A stretch of DNA of 64,000 bases from an uncultured Gemmatimonadales bacterium (lineage in GTDB: Bacteria > Gemmatimonadota > Gemmatimonadetes > Longimicrobiales > RSA9), in assembly GCA_963798085.1 (NCBI GenBank), contig CAWCRS010000007.1, positions 1,344,001 through 1,408,000 of the forward strand, in the 5' to 3' direction. The notes under the pieces are model-generated. The model did no database searches and was not told where the DNA came from. It saw nothing but the letters and a program-made list of their open reading frames with translations. Below, one piece after another: positions 11,657-22,414 of this stretch. Position 1 is the first letter of the stretch; each line of letters starts with the position of its first letter. Both the position numbers and the translations under genes were made by a program.

Positions 11657-12901
11657 GTGTCCCTGATTCGACAGCTGCGTTCTGCATTCGGCGACACGCC
11701 GCTGCTGCTGCTCGTGCTCACGGTCACGCTCTTCGGTGTGGCCATGGTCTATTCGGCGGGCCAGGTGGATGTGCCCAGCCCGATCGTGGAGCGCGCCTGG
11801 CGCATGCAGCTGGTCTGGCTGGGCATCTCGCTGGTCGCGCTGTTCGTGGTCATGCGCGTGCAGCTCCGCTGGCTGGAGTGGTTCGCACCCATCGCCTACG
11901 CGGCCGGCATCGTGGCGCTGCTGCTGACACTGTTCATCGGTACGGGCTCGGGCACGGCAGCCGGCACCAAGAGCTGGATCAAGTTCGCCGGCGTGGGTGT
12001 GCAGCCGGCGCAGTTCGCGAATGTGGCGACGATTCTCATGCTGGGCCGCGTCATGGGCGGCTGGCGTGAGGCGCCCCACTCGATCGCATCACTCTGGAAG
12101 CCGGTGCTCGTCATCGCCGTGCCCATGCTGCTGGTCATGGCGCAGCCCGACCTCGGAACCGCAATGGTGTTCGGTGGCGTGATGCTGGCCACGCTCTTCT
12201 GGGCGGGTACGCCGCTCGGAATTCTGCTGCTCGTGATCAGCCCGCTGGCCGCGCTGTTCCTCTCGTTCAAGGTCAGCCTGTTCACGATCTACATGCTCGC
12301 GCTCCTCGGCTTCCTGTACCTCTACCGGCTGCGTTTTTCGGAAGCAGCGCTGGTGGTTGCGGCCAATCTGGCGGCAGGCACGGTGGCGCTGCCGCTCTGG
12401 AATCACCTTGCCGACTATCAGCGCAACCGCTTTCTCGTGTTCCTCGATCCGTACATCGATCCGCGGGGCGCCGGCTACCAGCAGATTCAATCGCGCATTG
12501 CCATCGGCAGTGGCGGTCTGCTGGGCAAGGGCTTCACCATGGGCCCGCAGAAACGCCTCGCGTTCCTGCCCGAACAGCACACGGACTTCATCTTCGCGGT
12601 GATCGGGGAGGAGCTGGGCTTCGTGGGAGCGGCGCTGGTGCTGCTGCTGTTCGGCGCGATCCTGTGGCGTCTGGCCAGGCTGGCCGAGCGCGCGCCGGAC
12701 CCCTTTGCCGGCATCGTCGTCTTCGGTATCTTCGGCGCCTGGCTAACCCACATCCTTGTCAATGTGGGCATGACCCTGGGCGTCATGCCCATCACCGGCA
12801 TCCCCCTGCCTTTCCTGAGCTACGGGGGATCGTTCCTCCTGGCGACGTACCTGGCGCTCGGCATCGCGGAACGGGTGGCATCAGAGCAAGGCAGGATCTA
12901 G
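11657..12901 (+). CDS. rodA: SEDS peptidoglycan polymerase RodA
   Basis: QPDLGTA, GYQQIQSRIAIGSGG, LPEQHTDFIF, PITGIPLPFLSYGGS. Confidence 0.95.
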   Translation: MSLIRQLRSAFGDTPLLLLVLTVTLFGVAMVYSAGQVDVPSPIVERAWRMQLVWLGISLVALFVVMRVQLRWLEWFAPIAYAAGIVALLLTLFIGTGSGTAAGTKSWIKFAGVGVQPAQFANVATILMLGRVMGGWREAPHSIASLWKPVLVIAVPMLLVMAQPDLGTAMVFGGVMLATLFWAGTPLGILLLVISPLAALFLSFKVSLFTIYMLALLGFLYLYRLRFSEAALVVAANLAAGTVALPLWNHLADYQRNRFLVFLDPYIDPRGAGYQQIQSRIAIGSGGLLGKGFTMGPQKRLAFLPEQHTDFIFAVIGEELGFVGAALVLLLFGAILWRLARLAERAPDPFAGIVVFGIFGAWLTHILVNVGMTLGVMPITGIPLPFLSYGGSFLLATYLALGIAERVASEQGRI

Positions 12902-12906
12902 GCGTT

Positions 12907-13021
12907 GGAAATGCGTTGCTGGCGACTCGTTGCCGGGGCTGGTTGCCGGGGAACGGATCGGGACGGCATTTCCGAGGCTGGGGCTCGGGCTGGGGCTGGG
13001 TAACGGATCGAACGGATAACA
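12907..13021 (+). repeat. Intergenic repeat, GGGCT[G/C]-hexamer/AACGGAT family
   Basis: GTTGCCGGGG x2, GGGGCTCGGGCTGGGGCTGGG (12980-13000), AACGGATCGAACGGATAAC; similar to 27284-27330(-) and 31531-31593. Confidence 0.65.
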
Positions 13022-13063
13022 GCGGGTCAGGGTGCGCTGGTAAAAGGGTGAGGTGGCGCGGGC

Positions 13064-13984
13064 ATGAGCTGGTTCCGGAAGCCGGATCGCAAGCTGAAGT
13101 CGGAAGACCGGCGGGATCTGCCGACCAATGTGTTCGAGAAGTGCGCCTCGTGCGGGGTGATCCTGTACACGGCGAAGCTCGAGCAGAACAGCTTCGTGTG
13201 CCCGGAGTGCAGCTACCACAATCGCATCGGTGCGGAGGAGTATCTGCGCCTGCTGCTGGATGGCGGTGAATACGAGGAGTTGTGGGCGGAGCTGCGCAGT
13301 GCCGACCCACTGGGATTCGTCGATCTGAAGCCCTACACGGAGCGGCTCGAGGCGGCGGAGAAGAAGACGGGTCAGGGTGATGCGGTGCGCACGGTGACGG
13401 GCGCTCTGGACGGCATGCCGCTGGGTCTGGGCGTGATGGACTTCGAGTTCATCGGCGGCAGTATGGGTTCGGTGGTAGGCGAGAAGATGGCGAGGCTCGG
13501 GCGGCGCTCGCTGGAGCAGCACGAGCCGCTCATCATCGTGAGCGCCTCGGGTGGCGCACGCATGATGGAAGGCATCCTTTCGCTCATGCAAATGGCGAAG
13601 ACGGCGGCCGTGCTGGCGGACCTGCACGAGGCCGGCATTCCGTTCATCTCGATTCTGACGGATCCGACAACTGGCGGTGTCACGGCTTCCTACGCCATGC
13701 TGGGTGACATCAACATCGCGGAGCCGGGTGCGCTGATCGGTTTTGCCGGGCCGCGCGTGATCGAGCAGACCATCAAGCAGGAGCTGCCGGAAGGTTTCCA
13801 GACGGCGGAATTCCTGCTGACGCACGGCATGCTGGACCTGATTGTGGACCGGCGCGAGTTGAAAGCGATGGTCGCCCGCCTGCTGCGGCACATGCAGGGA
13901 CTGCCGCCGGCCGCGGGCACAAACCATCAGAATGGCGGGGCGCCGAACGGCACGGTGAAGCCGAACGGCGGGCCCGTGGGTTGA
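13064..13984 (+). CDS. accD: Acetyl-CoA carboxylase carboxyltransferase beta subunit
   Basis: C4 zinc finger, FIGGSMGSVVGE, SGGARMMEG, PTTGGVTAS. Confidence 0.98.
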   Translation: MSWFRKPDRKLKSEDRRDLPTNVFEKCASCGVILYTAKLEQNSFVCPECSYHNRIGAEEYLRLLLDGGEYEELWAELRSADPLGFVDLKPYTERLEAAEKKTGQGDAVRTVTGALDGMPLGLGVMDFEFIGGSMGSVVGEKMARLGRRSLEQHEPLIIVSASGGARMMEGILSLMQMAKTAAVLADLHEAGIPFISILTDPTTGGVTASYAMLGDINIAEPGALIGFAGPRVIEQTIKQELPEGFQTAEFLLTHGMLDLIVDRRELKAMVARLLRHMQGLPPAAGTNHQNGGAPNGTVKPNGGPVG

Positions 13985-15315
13985 GCGAACTCACCTACCC
14001 GGACCTCGTTCGCGAGCTGTTCCCTCGCCTGACCGGTGGCATACGCTGGGGTCTGGACCGCACCGAGCGCATGCTCGCCGCAGTGGGCAATCCGCACGAG
14101 CAGTATCCCTCGCTGCACGTGGGCGGTACCAACGGCAAGGGCTCGGTGGCGGCGACCATGGCCAGCGTGCTCCAGGCCAGCGGCCGGCGAACGGGCCTCT
14201 ACACATCGCCGCATCTCTGCACGTTCCGCGAGCGCATCCAGATCGACGGCCAGCCCATTGGCGAAGCGGAGCTGGTGGCGGCGGCGAACGAGCTGTGGCC
14301 GCACATCGGGCGGGAAGAGCCATCCTTTTTCGAGGCGACAACGGCGATCGCACTGCTCGCGCTGGCCAGAGCTCGCGTTCAGGCCGCGGTCATCGAAGTG
14401 GGTCTGGGCGGCCGGCTGGACGCGACGAACGTGATCCGCCCGCAGGTATCGGTACTGACCAACGTCGCCCTCGATCATGTGCAGCTGCTGGGCCCCACGC
14501 TGGAAAGTGTGGCGACAGAAAAGGCGGGTATCATCAAGCCGGGTGTACCGGTGGTCACCGCGGAGGGCGAGGGCGCGCCGCTGGAGATTTTCCGGGCGCG
14601 CGCGCAGGCGATGCGTGCGCCGTTCTCGCGGCTCACACCGGAACAGGTGACGCTGTTGCGCACCGGCCTCGATGGCACGACGCTCGACATCGATGACGCG
14701 GTGTGGGGCCGGCTCCGCCTGCACTCGCCACTCCCGGGCCGGCATCAGGCGACCAACACGGCGTTGGCGGTGCGCGCACTGGCGCTGCTGGATGCGCCGC
14801 TGCGACCCGATGCAGACGCGGTGCGCGCAGGTGTGTCCGGCGTGCGCTGGCCCGGCCGTTTTCAGGTGGAACGTGTACGCGACCGCACATGGGTCTTCAA
14901 TGTGGCGCACAACGTTGCCGGTGTGCAGGTGCTGAGCAGTGCCCTCGAAGATCTGCCATTGCCTCGCCCGCGTGTCAGTCTCGTGGGTGTGCTGGGCGAC
15001 AAGGACTGGCGCAACATGCTCGGTCCGATCTACGCGGTGAGCGATGCCGTGGTGTTGACGCTGCCGCCCACCGCACCCGAGGACCGGCGCTGGGATCCTG
15101 CGGCGGTACTCGCGGAAGCCCCCGCGGCGCACGCCAGCGCGATTCCCGATTTCGGCGCGGCGCTCATGCGTGCCTGGCAGCTCGCAGGCCAGGGCGGCAA
15201 CGGCACCATCATTGTCACCGGTTCCTTTCACACGGTGGGTGATGCGCTGATCGCGCTGGGCATGGCGCCGTTCGGCATTAATGCCGACTTGCCGGTGCCG
15301 ATGTTCGTGGCCTAG
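13981..15315 (+). CDS. folC: Folylpolyglutamate synthase/dihydrofolate synthase
   Basis: GTNGKGS, YTSPHL, EVGLGGRLDATN, WPGRF; DxAHN reads NVAHN. Confidence 0.96.
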   Translation: MSELTYPDLVRELFPRLTGGIRWGLDRTERMLAAVGNPHEQYPSLHVGGTNGKGSVAATMASVLQASGRRTGLYTSPHLCTFRERIQIDGQPIGEAELVAAANELWPHIGREEPSFFEATTAIALLALARARVQAAVIEVGLGGRLDATNVIRPQVSVLTNVALDHVQLLGPTLESVATEKAGIIKPGVPVVTAEGEGAPLEIFRARAQAMRAPFSRLTPEQVTLLRTGLDGTTLDIDDAVWGRLRLHSPLPGRHQATNTALAVRALALLDAPLRPDADAVRAGVSGVRWPGRFQVERVRDRTWVFNVAHNVAGVQVLSSALEDLPLPRPRVSLVGVLGDKDWRNMLGPIYAVSDAVVLTLPPTAPEDRRWDPAAVLAEAPAAHASAIPDFGAALMRAWQLAGQGGNGTIIVTGSFHTVGDALIALGMAPFGINADLPVPMFVA

Positions 15316-15325
15316 ATTCGCGCGA

Positions 15326-16603
15326 ATGTCGAGTCAGGCGAGCCTGCCGGGTTTCCGGGATTTCTACCCGCCAGAGTTCGCGGTTCGTACACACATCATG
15401 AACGCATGGCGGGAAGCGGCGCGCCGGCACGCGTTCGAGGAATACGACGGCCCTCCTCTCGAAGCCCTCGAGCTGTACACGGACAAGAGCGGCGCGGAAA
15501 TCGTCGGACAACTCTACAACTTCGAAGACAAGGGCGGCCGCGCCGTGGCGCTGCGCCCGGAAATGACGCCCACACTGGCGCGCATGGTGGCAGCGCGCGC
15601 AGGCGGGCTGCGCAAGCCGATCCGCTGGTTCTCCATGCCGCAGCTGTTCCGCTATGAGCGCACGCAGCGTGGCCGACTGCGCGAGCATTTCCAGTGGAAC
15701 GTCGACATCATCGGCGAGACCGGCATTGCGGCCGACGCGGAAGTGCTGGCAACCGGCCTGGACGCGCTGCGCCTGCTCGGCCTGGGATCCGACGCGATCG
15801 TGGCGCGCTACAACGATCGCCGGCTGATGGAGCGACTGCTGTTGCACGCGGGCGTGGCCGACACGCTGCTGGGCGCCGCGTACGCCGCCATTGACAAGCT
15901 GGGCCGGGAGCCGAAGGAGCGCGTGCACGAGCGCATGCAGCAGTCAGGCATTGCGGGCAATGTGGCGGGGCGCGTGCTCGCACTGTTCGCGGCGCACGAC
16001 ATGGAAGCCCTGCGTCTGGCGACGACGGGCGTGCCCGGCATTGAGGAAGACCTGGCGCGGCTCGATGCGTACCGCGCACACCTCGTCGCGCTGGGTCACG
16101 GCGACACGGTGGCGTTCGACGTCACGATCGTGCGTGGCCTGGCGTACTACACGGGCACCGTATTCGAGATCTTCGACCGCGCCGGTGCGTTGCGCGCGAT
16201 CTGCGGCGGCGGCCGCTACGATCGGCTGGTGGGCGCACTGGGTGGCGGCGATCTGCCCGCAGTGGGCTTCGGCATGGGCGATGTCGTGCTCGCCGAGCTG
16301 CTGGCCGAGCGCAAGCTGCTGCCCGATGTCGCACCCCACGTCGACTACTTCGTTGTTGTTGTGAGCGGCGTCACGCCCGGGCTGCCGCAGCGTATTGCCA
16401 CCCAACTGCGGGCCCAGGGGTACTCCGTCACATACGCGTTCCGCGAACAGGCGGTGGGCCGTCAGTTCAAGGAAGCGGATGCGCGCGGTGCCGTGCGGGC
16501 CCTTGTGGTGGGGCCCGACGAGGAAGCCCGCGGTGAAGTCGTCGTCCGCGAAATGGCGACAGGCGAGGAATCACGCATGGCGCTGGCGGAGCTGGCAGGG
16601 TGA
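15326..16603 (+). CDS. hisS: Histidine--tRNA ligase
   Basis: LRPEMT, FRYERTQRGRLREH, RGLAYYTG, GGGRYD. Confidence 0.97.
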   Translation: MSSQASLPGFRDFYPPEFAVRTHIMNAWREAARRHAFEEYDGPPLEALELYTDKSGAEIVGQLYNFEDKGGRAVALRPEMTPTLARMVAARAGGLRKPIRWFSMPQLFRYERTQRGRLREHFQWNVDIIGETGIAADAEVLATGLDALRLLGLGSDAIVARYNDRRLMERLLLHAGVADTLLGAAYAAIDKLGREPKERVHERMQQSGIAGNVAGRVLALFAAHDMEALRLATTGVPGIEEDLARLDAYRAHLVALGHGDTVAFDVTIVRGLAYYTGTVFEIFDRAGALRAICGGGRYDRLVGALGGGDLPAVGFGMGDVVLAELLAERKLLPDVAPHVDYFVVVVSGVTPGLPQRIATQLRAQGYSVTYAFREQAVGRQFKEADARGAVRALVVGPDEEARGEVVVREMATGEESRMALAELAG

Positions 16604-16691
16604 ACGAACGCGGTGTTTGCAGTTGCCGGCGCGAGCCCCAGCCCCAGAACCGGTGCGTAGAGTCATGAATCGAACGACCGCCCCGAAAGCC

Positions 16692-18155
16692 ATGGTTGAT
16701 GAAAAGAAGCTGACGACACGCCAGGCGGATTTCTCGGCGTGGTACAACGAGGTCGTGCTGCGCGCGGAGCTGGCGGACTACTCTCCCGTGCGCGGCTGCA
16801 TGGTGATCCGGCCCTACGGCTATGCGATCTGGGAGAACATGCAGCGCGCGCTGGACGACATGTTCAAGGCGACCGGCCACCAGAACGCGTACTTCCCGCT
16901 GCTCATTCCCATGAGCTTCATCGAGCGTGAGAAGGAGCATGTGAAGGGATTCGCACCCGAAGTCGCGGTGGTCACGCACGCGGGCGGCAAGGAGCTGGAA
17001 GAACCGCTGGTCATCCGTCCGACTTCGGAAACGATCATCTACGCGATGTTCGCGAAGTGGGTGCAGAGCTATCGCGATCTGCCGCTGCTGATCAACCAGT
17101 GGGCCAACGTGGTGCGCTGGGAGCTGCGCACGCGTCTGTTCCTGCGCACGTCGGAGTTCCTGTGGCAGGAAGGCCACACGGCGCACGCGAGCGAGGCCGA
17201 GGCCGAGGAAGAGACGCTGCGCATCCTGGGGCTCTATCGCAGCTTCATGGAAGACTGGATGGCGATGCCGCCGCTGACGGGCCGCAAATCGGACTCCGAG
17301 CGGTTCGCGGGGGCACTGCGCACGTATGCCTGTGAAGCACTGATGCAGGATAACCGCGCATTACAGGCGGGCACCTCGCACAACCTGGGACAGAACTTCG
17401 CGCGCCAGTTCGAGCTGAAATTCCAGTCGGAGTCGGGCAGCGAGGAGTTCGCCTGGAATACATCATGGGGCGTGTCCACCCGGCTGGTGGGCGGACTGAT
17501 CATGACGCACGGCGATGATGCCGGCGCCATCATGCCGCCCCGGCTGGCCCCGGTGCAGGTGGTGATCGTACCCATCTACCGGAGCGATGACGAGCGCGGT
17601 GCAGTGCTGGAAAAGGCCAGTGAGGTGGCCGCACTGCTGCGCCAGGAATCGCTGCGTGTGCAGGTCGACGCGCGTGACACGATCAAGCCGGGCTCCAAGT
17701 TCTACGAATGGGAGCGCAAGGGCGTGCCCATCAGGCTGGAGATCGGGCCGCGCGACATCGAGCACGGCCAGGTCACGGTCGTGCTGCGCAGCACACCGGC
17801 CGATCTGCCGCGCAAGGAAGCGATGCCGGAGGCCAATGCGGGGCCGCAGCTGGCGGAGCGGCTGCGCCGTTACCAGAACGCACTGCTGGCCGCGGCGAAG
17901 GAGAGGCGGGAAGCGAATTCCTATCGTGGTGTTACCGAATGGGAGCGCTTCCGCGAGATCATTGAGGGCACGGGCGGTTTCGTGTACGCCGGCTGGTGCG
18001 GCAATGCGCGCTGCGAGGAACGCGTGAAACAGGAGACGAAGGCGACGATCCGGGTCCTGCCCGATGCGGAGTTCCGCTCGCCGGAAGCGCCGGCAAAATG
18101 TCTGGTGTGCGGCGCGGCTGCGGCGCACGAGGCCGTCTGGGCCCGTGCCTACTGA
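16692..18155 (+). CDS. proS: Proline--tRNA ligase (archaeal/eukaryotic type)
   Basis: RPTSET, NQWANVVRWE, FLWQEGHT, QAGTSHNLGQNF; C-terminal zinc domain ending WARAY. Confidence 0.97.
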   Translation: MVDEKKLTTRQADFSAWYNEVVLRAELADYSPVRGCMVIRPYGYAIWENMQRALDDMFKATGHQNAYFPLLIPMSFIEREKEHVKGFAPEVAVVTHAGGKELEEPLVIRPTSETIIYAMFAKWVQSYRDLPLLINQWANVVRWELRTRLFLRTSEFLWQEGHTAHASEAEAEEETLRILGLYRSFMEDWMAMPPLTGRKSDSERFAGALRTYACEALMQDNRALQAGTSHNLGQNFARQFELKFQSESGSEEFAWNTSWGVSTRLVGGLIMTHGDDAGAIMPPRLAPVQVVIVPIYRSDDERGAVLEKASEVAALLRQESLRVQVDARDTIKPGSKFYEWERKGVPIRLEIGPRDIEHGQVTVVLRSTPADLPRKEAMPEANAGPQLAERLRRYQNALLAAAKERREANSYRGVTEWERFREIIEGTGGFVYAGWCGNARCEERVKQETKATIRVLPDAEFRSPEAPAKCLVCGAAAAHEAVWARAY

Positions 18156-18159
18156 GGCA

Positions 18160-19440
18160 ATGCAACCGGACGCGTTCAGCTACAGCAACGGGCGACTGCA
18201 CTGTGAGGCGATGCCGGCGGAAACGCTGGCGCGCGAGTTCGGCACGCCGCTCTACGTCTACAGCCGCGCCCTGATCGAGAACCGGTACCGCGATTTCGCC
18301 CGTGCGTTCGCGCCCGTGAATCCCCTCATTGCCTATGCCGTGAAGGCGAACGGCAATCTCTCGGTTCTGCGCCTGCTGGCAGGATTGGGTGCGGGCGCGG
18401 ACATCGTGAGTGGCGGCGAGCTGTACCGCGCGCTCGCCGCCGGCATTCCCGCCGAGCGCATCGTCTTCAGTGGTGTGGGCAAGACACGCGCCGAGCTGGC
18501 GCAGGCGATCGAAGCGGGCATCTACGGCTTCAACGTGGAGAGCGAAGGCGAGCTCCGGCTGATCTCCACCGTGGCTGCAGAACTGCGCGGGGCGGCGCCC
18601 GTTGCCATCCGCGTGAATCCCGATGTGGAAGCGCCCACGCCGCACCATTACACGCGCACCGGCCACATGCCCTCCAAATTCGGGGTGCCGTGGGACGAGG
18701 CGCTCGACCTTTACCGTGTGGCGATGGGGCTGCCCGCCATCGTCGTGCGCGGCATTGATGCGCACATTGGCAGCCAGATCCTGGAAGCGGAGCCCTACCG
18801 CGTGGCCATCCACCGTGTGCTCGAGCTGGTGACAACGCTGCGGCGGGATGGCGTGTACCTCGAGTACATCGATGTGGGTGGCGGCTTCGGCGTAGCGTAC
18901 GACGATGAGGCAGGCCCGGACGCCGCCGACTTTGCGAGCCGGCTGCTGCCCGGGCTGCTGGGCAGCGGCCTGCGCGTCGTGCTCGAGCCAGGCCGCTTCA
19001 TTGTGGGGCCCGCCGGGGTGCTGCTGACACGCGTGTTGTACGTGAAGCGGATGGGCGCCAAGACGTTCGTGGTGACGGACGCGGGCATGAACGATCTGCT
19101 GCGGCCCAGCCATTATGCCAGCTACCACCGCATTGATCCGGTCACCCGACACACGGGGCGCGAGCAGCTGGCCGCCGATGTGGTCGGGCCGGTTTGCGAG
19201 AGTGGCGATTTCCTGGGGCTGGACCGCGTCATCGAGCGCCCCGAGCCGGGCGAGCTGCTGGCCATTGGAACCGCGGGCGCGTACGGCTTTGCCATGGCAT
19301 CGACGTACAATTCCCGACCTCGCCCGGCAGAAGTCATCGTGGACGGTGATCGCGCGCAGCTGGCCAGGCGGCGCGAGAGCTACGAGGAAATGATCGAGCC
19401 CGAGCTGGACGGAGCGCCGGCCGGCACGCCCGCATACTGA
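18160..19440 (+). CDS. lysA: Diaminopimelate decarboxylase
   Basis: GTPLYVYS, YAVKAN, HIGSQ, EPGR, GPVCESGD, YNSRPR. Confidence 0.97.
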   Translation: MQPDAFSYSNGRLHCEAMPAETLAREFGTPLYVYSRALIENRYRDFARAFAPVNPLIAYAVKANGNLSVLRLLAGLGAGADIVSGGELYRALAAGIPAERIVFSGVGKTRAELAQAIEAGIYGFNVESEGELRLISTVAAELRGAAPVAIRVNPDVEAPTPHHYTRTGHMPSKFGVPWDEALDLYRVAMGLPAIVVRGIDAHIGSQILEAEPYRVAIHRVLELVTTLRRDGVYLEYIDVGGGFGVAYDDEAGPDAADFASRLLPGLLGSGLRVVLEPGRFIVGPAGVLLTRVLYVKRMGAKTFVVTDAGMNDLLRPSHYASYHRIDPVTRHTGREQLAADVVGPVCESGDFLGLDRVIERPEPGELLAIGTAGAYGFAMASTYNSRPRPAEVIVDGDRAQLARRRESYEEMIEPELDGAPAGTPAY

Positions 19441-20983
<1,543 letters not shown>

Positions 20984-20995
20984 CCCGCCAACGGA

Positions 20996-21410
20996 TTCAC
21001 CGCGGAGAGCGCGGGCGCGGAGGGCGCAGAGGACAGATTCAGTTCTCACACAGAGGCCACAGGGGGGCTGAGGACGGATCAACGGATCCGTCATCAGCGC
21101 GACAGGCTGCACTGCGGCGATCCTGGCGGAAACTGACTTGATGTTAACGGATCACGGATTCACTCGTCGAAGCACGAGTTGGCCGGCTCCACAACACACA
21201 ACCCGCGGTCCGCTATTCCGTTCGAAACAGATCCGCAAGCCTCTGTGTCATGCTCAGATCGTTGCCGTTTCCGTTCCAATCAATTCCCGATCCGTCCACA
21301 GAGTCCTCTGACCCTCTGTGTGAGAAAAATCTGTTGTCGTCTGCATGATCCGCAGAGATGATCGCTCCCGGCGGCGAGTCTCCGAGTCCTCCGCCCGCTC
21401 CGCGGTGGAA
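20996..21410. repeat. Nested inverted-repeat (REPIN/MITE-like) element
   Basis: Outer arms CACCGCGGAG../..CTCCGCGGTG; inner arms 21033-21080 and 21289-21334 with perfect 14-bp TTCTCACACAGAGG and 9-bp GGACGGATC. Confidence 0.75.
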
Positions 21411-21430
21411 AGGTATCGATGGGGGGAGGG

Positions 21431-21934
21431 TCAGCAGCCTGCCTGGCCGGTCTGGCAGCGTGCGACGATGACGGAGCGCGGGGCGGAGACGCGGGACTGC
21501 GAGCCGGGGCCGAAGGCGATGCCGTAGATGTCCAACTGTGTGTTAGTGACGAGCGAGGCGGGCACGGTGAAGGAGAAGGTCTGGGTGGTGTCGCTGATCT
21601 GCGCGAGGTCGATGGTGGCGGAATCGAGGGTCGTGGCCAGGCCGCCGGCGAAGCGGCGGACCACGTAGCCGACGCCGGCCAGGCGAGTGCCGCCCAGGTC
21701 GCGGGCTTCCACGCGCACGGCCATGGGTTTGCCGGCCAGCACGGTGATGCCCTGGCGGGGTTCGACCACGGTCACGCTGAGCGATGCCTGCACTTCCGGC
21801 TCGATGGGCGAAGGCCGCACGCGGTCGAAACTGCAGCCGGCAAGACCGGCGAGCAGCGCCAGCGAAAGCGGCGAAGCGGTCAGACCTCGCCGCAGCCTGC
21901 ACCAATGCACCACGGGGACACGGGGCGCAATCAA
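21431..21934 (-). CDS. Hypothetical lipoprotein, beta-rich (possibly Ig-like); start uncertain
   Basis: Hydrophobic stretch ending in lipobox LAGC; beta-strand periodicity; two C-terminal Cys. Confidence 0.7.
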   Translation of the reverse strand: MIAPRVPVVHWCRLRRGLTASPLSLALLAGLAGCSFDRVRPSPIEPEVQASLSVTVVEPRQGITVLAGKPMAVRVEARDLGGTRLAGVGYVVRRFAGGLATTLDSATIDLAQISDTTQTFSFTVPASLVTNTQLDIYGIAFGPGSQSRVSAPRSVIVARCQTGQAGC

Positions 21935-21951
21935 TCCTGGCGGGCGGGCGC

Positions 21952-22323
21952 TCAGGGCATCCTCCCGCTGTCCGGACTGGTGCCGGGCTTGGGGCTCGGG
22001 TTGACGCGACGGTCAATGGTGTCCCAGACGGCCGCCATGAACTCGGCATCGGCGTTGTGCGCGCGCACGAACGTCATGAGCATGGAGTCGGTGACGCCGG
22101 CCTGCGTCAGAATCTCGCGTTTGCGGGCATCGAAAGCGTCCGAGTCGTGCACGGTGCGCTGGGCCTGACGCAGGTCCGCCATCACGCGCACGAAGGCAGC
22201 GCGGTCCATGGCGGTTGGCTGGCGGTGACCGCAGGCGGCCACGAGTGTGGCGAACAGCAGCACATGGAAGCGGACGGACAACGCGGGCGCACTCCTTGAC
22301 TGCGTGTGTAACCGATGCTTCAT
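21952..22323 (-). CDS. Hypothetical lipoprotein (DUF4296-like helical protein)
   Basis: Lipobox LVAAC; MDRAAFVRVMADL..REILTQAGVTDSMLMTFV..W pattern. Confidence 0.7.
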   Translation of the reverse strand: MKHRLHTQSRSAPALSVRFHVLLFATLVAACGHRQPTAMDRAAFVRVMADLRQAQRTVHDSDAFDARKREILTQAGVTDSMLMTFVRAHNADAEFMAAVWDTIDRRVNPSPKPGTSPDSGRMP

Positions 22324-22414
22324 CGCTAATATCCCACGAACGCCGCAGACGAACAAGACGTGACTGCCGCGTGCCTGGTTCCCGGCCCGGCCCGGGCCTC
22401 ACCTTGGACGATTC

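Noticed and set aside
9836..12079. Long antisense or alternative-frame ORFs (e.g. 747 aa here; also 22013-23935, 33746-35656, 53689-55446)
   Set aside because: They are shadows of well-supported genes in high-GC DNA and show no recognisable motifs.
16692..18155. Archaeal/eukaryotic-type ProRS as horizontal transfer
   Set aside because: This type is widespread in many bacterial phyla, and here it sits in a core operon.
20984..21430. CRISPR array or coding gene in the post-guaA spacer
   Set aside because: The repeats are inverted and not regularly spaced, no cas genes are present, and the short ORFs lack RBS and motifs.
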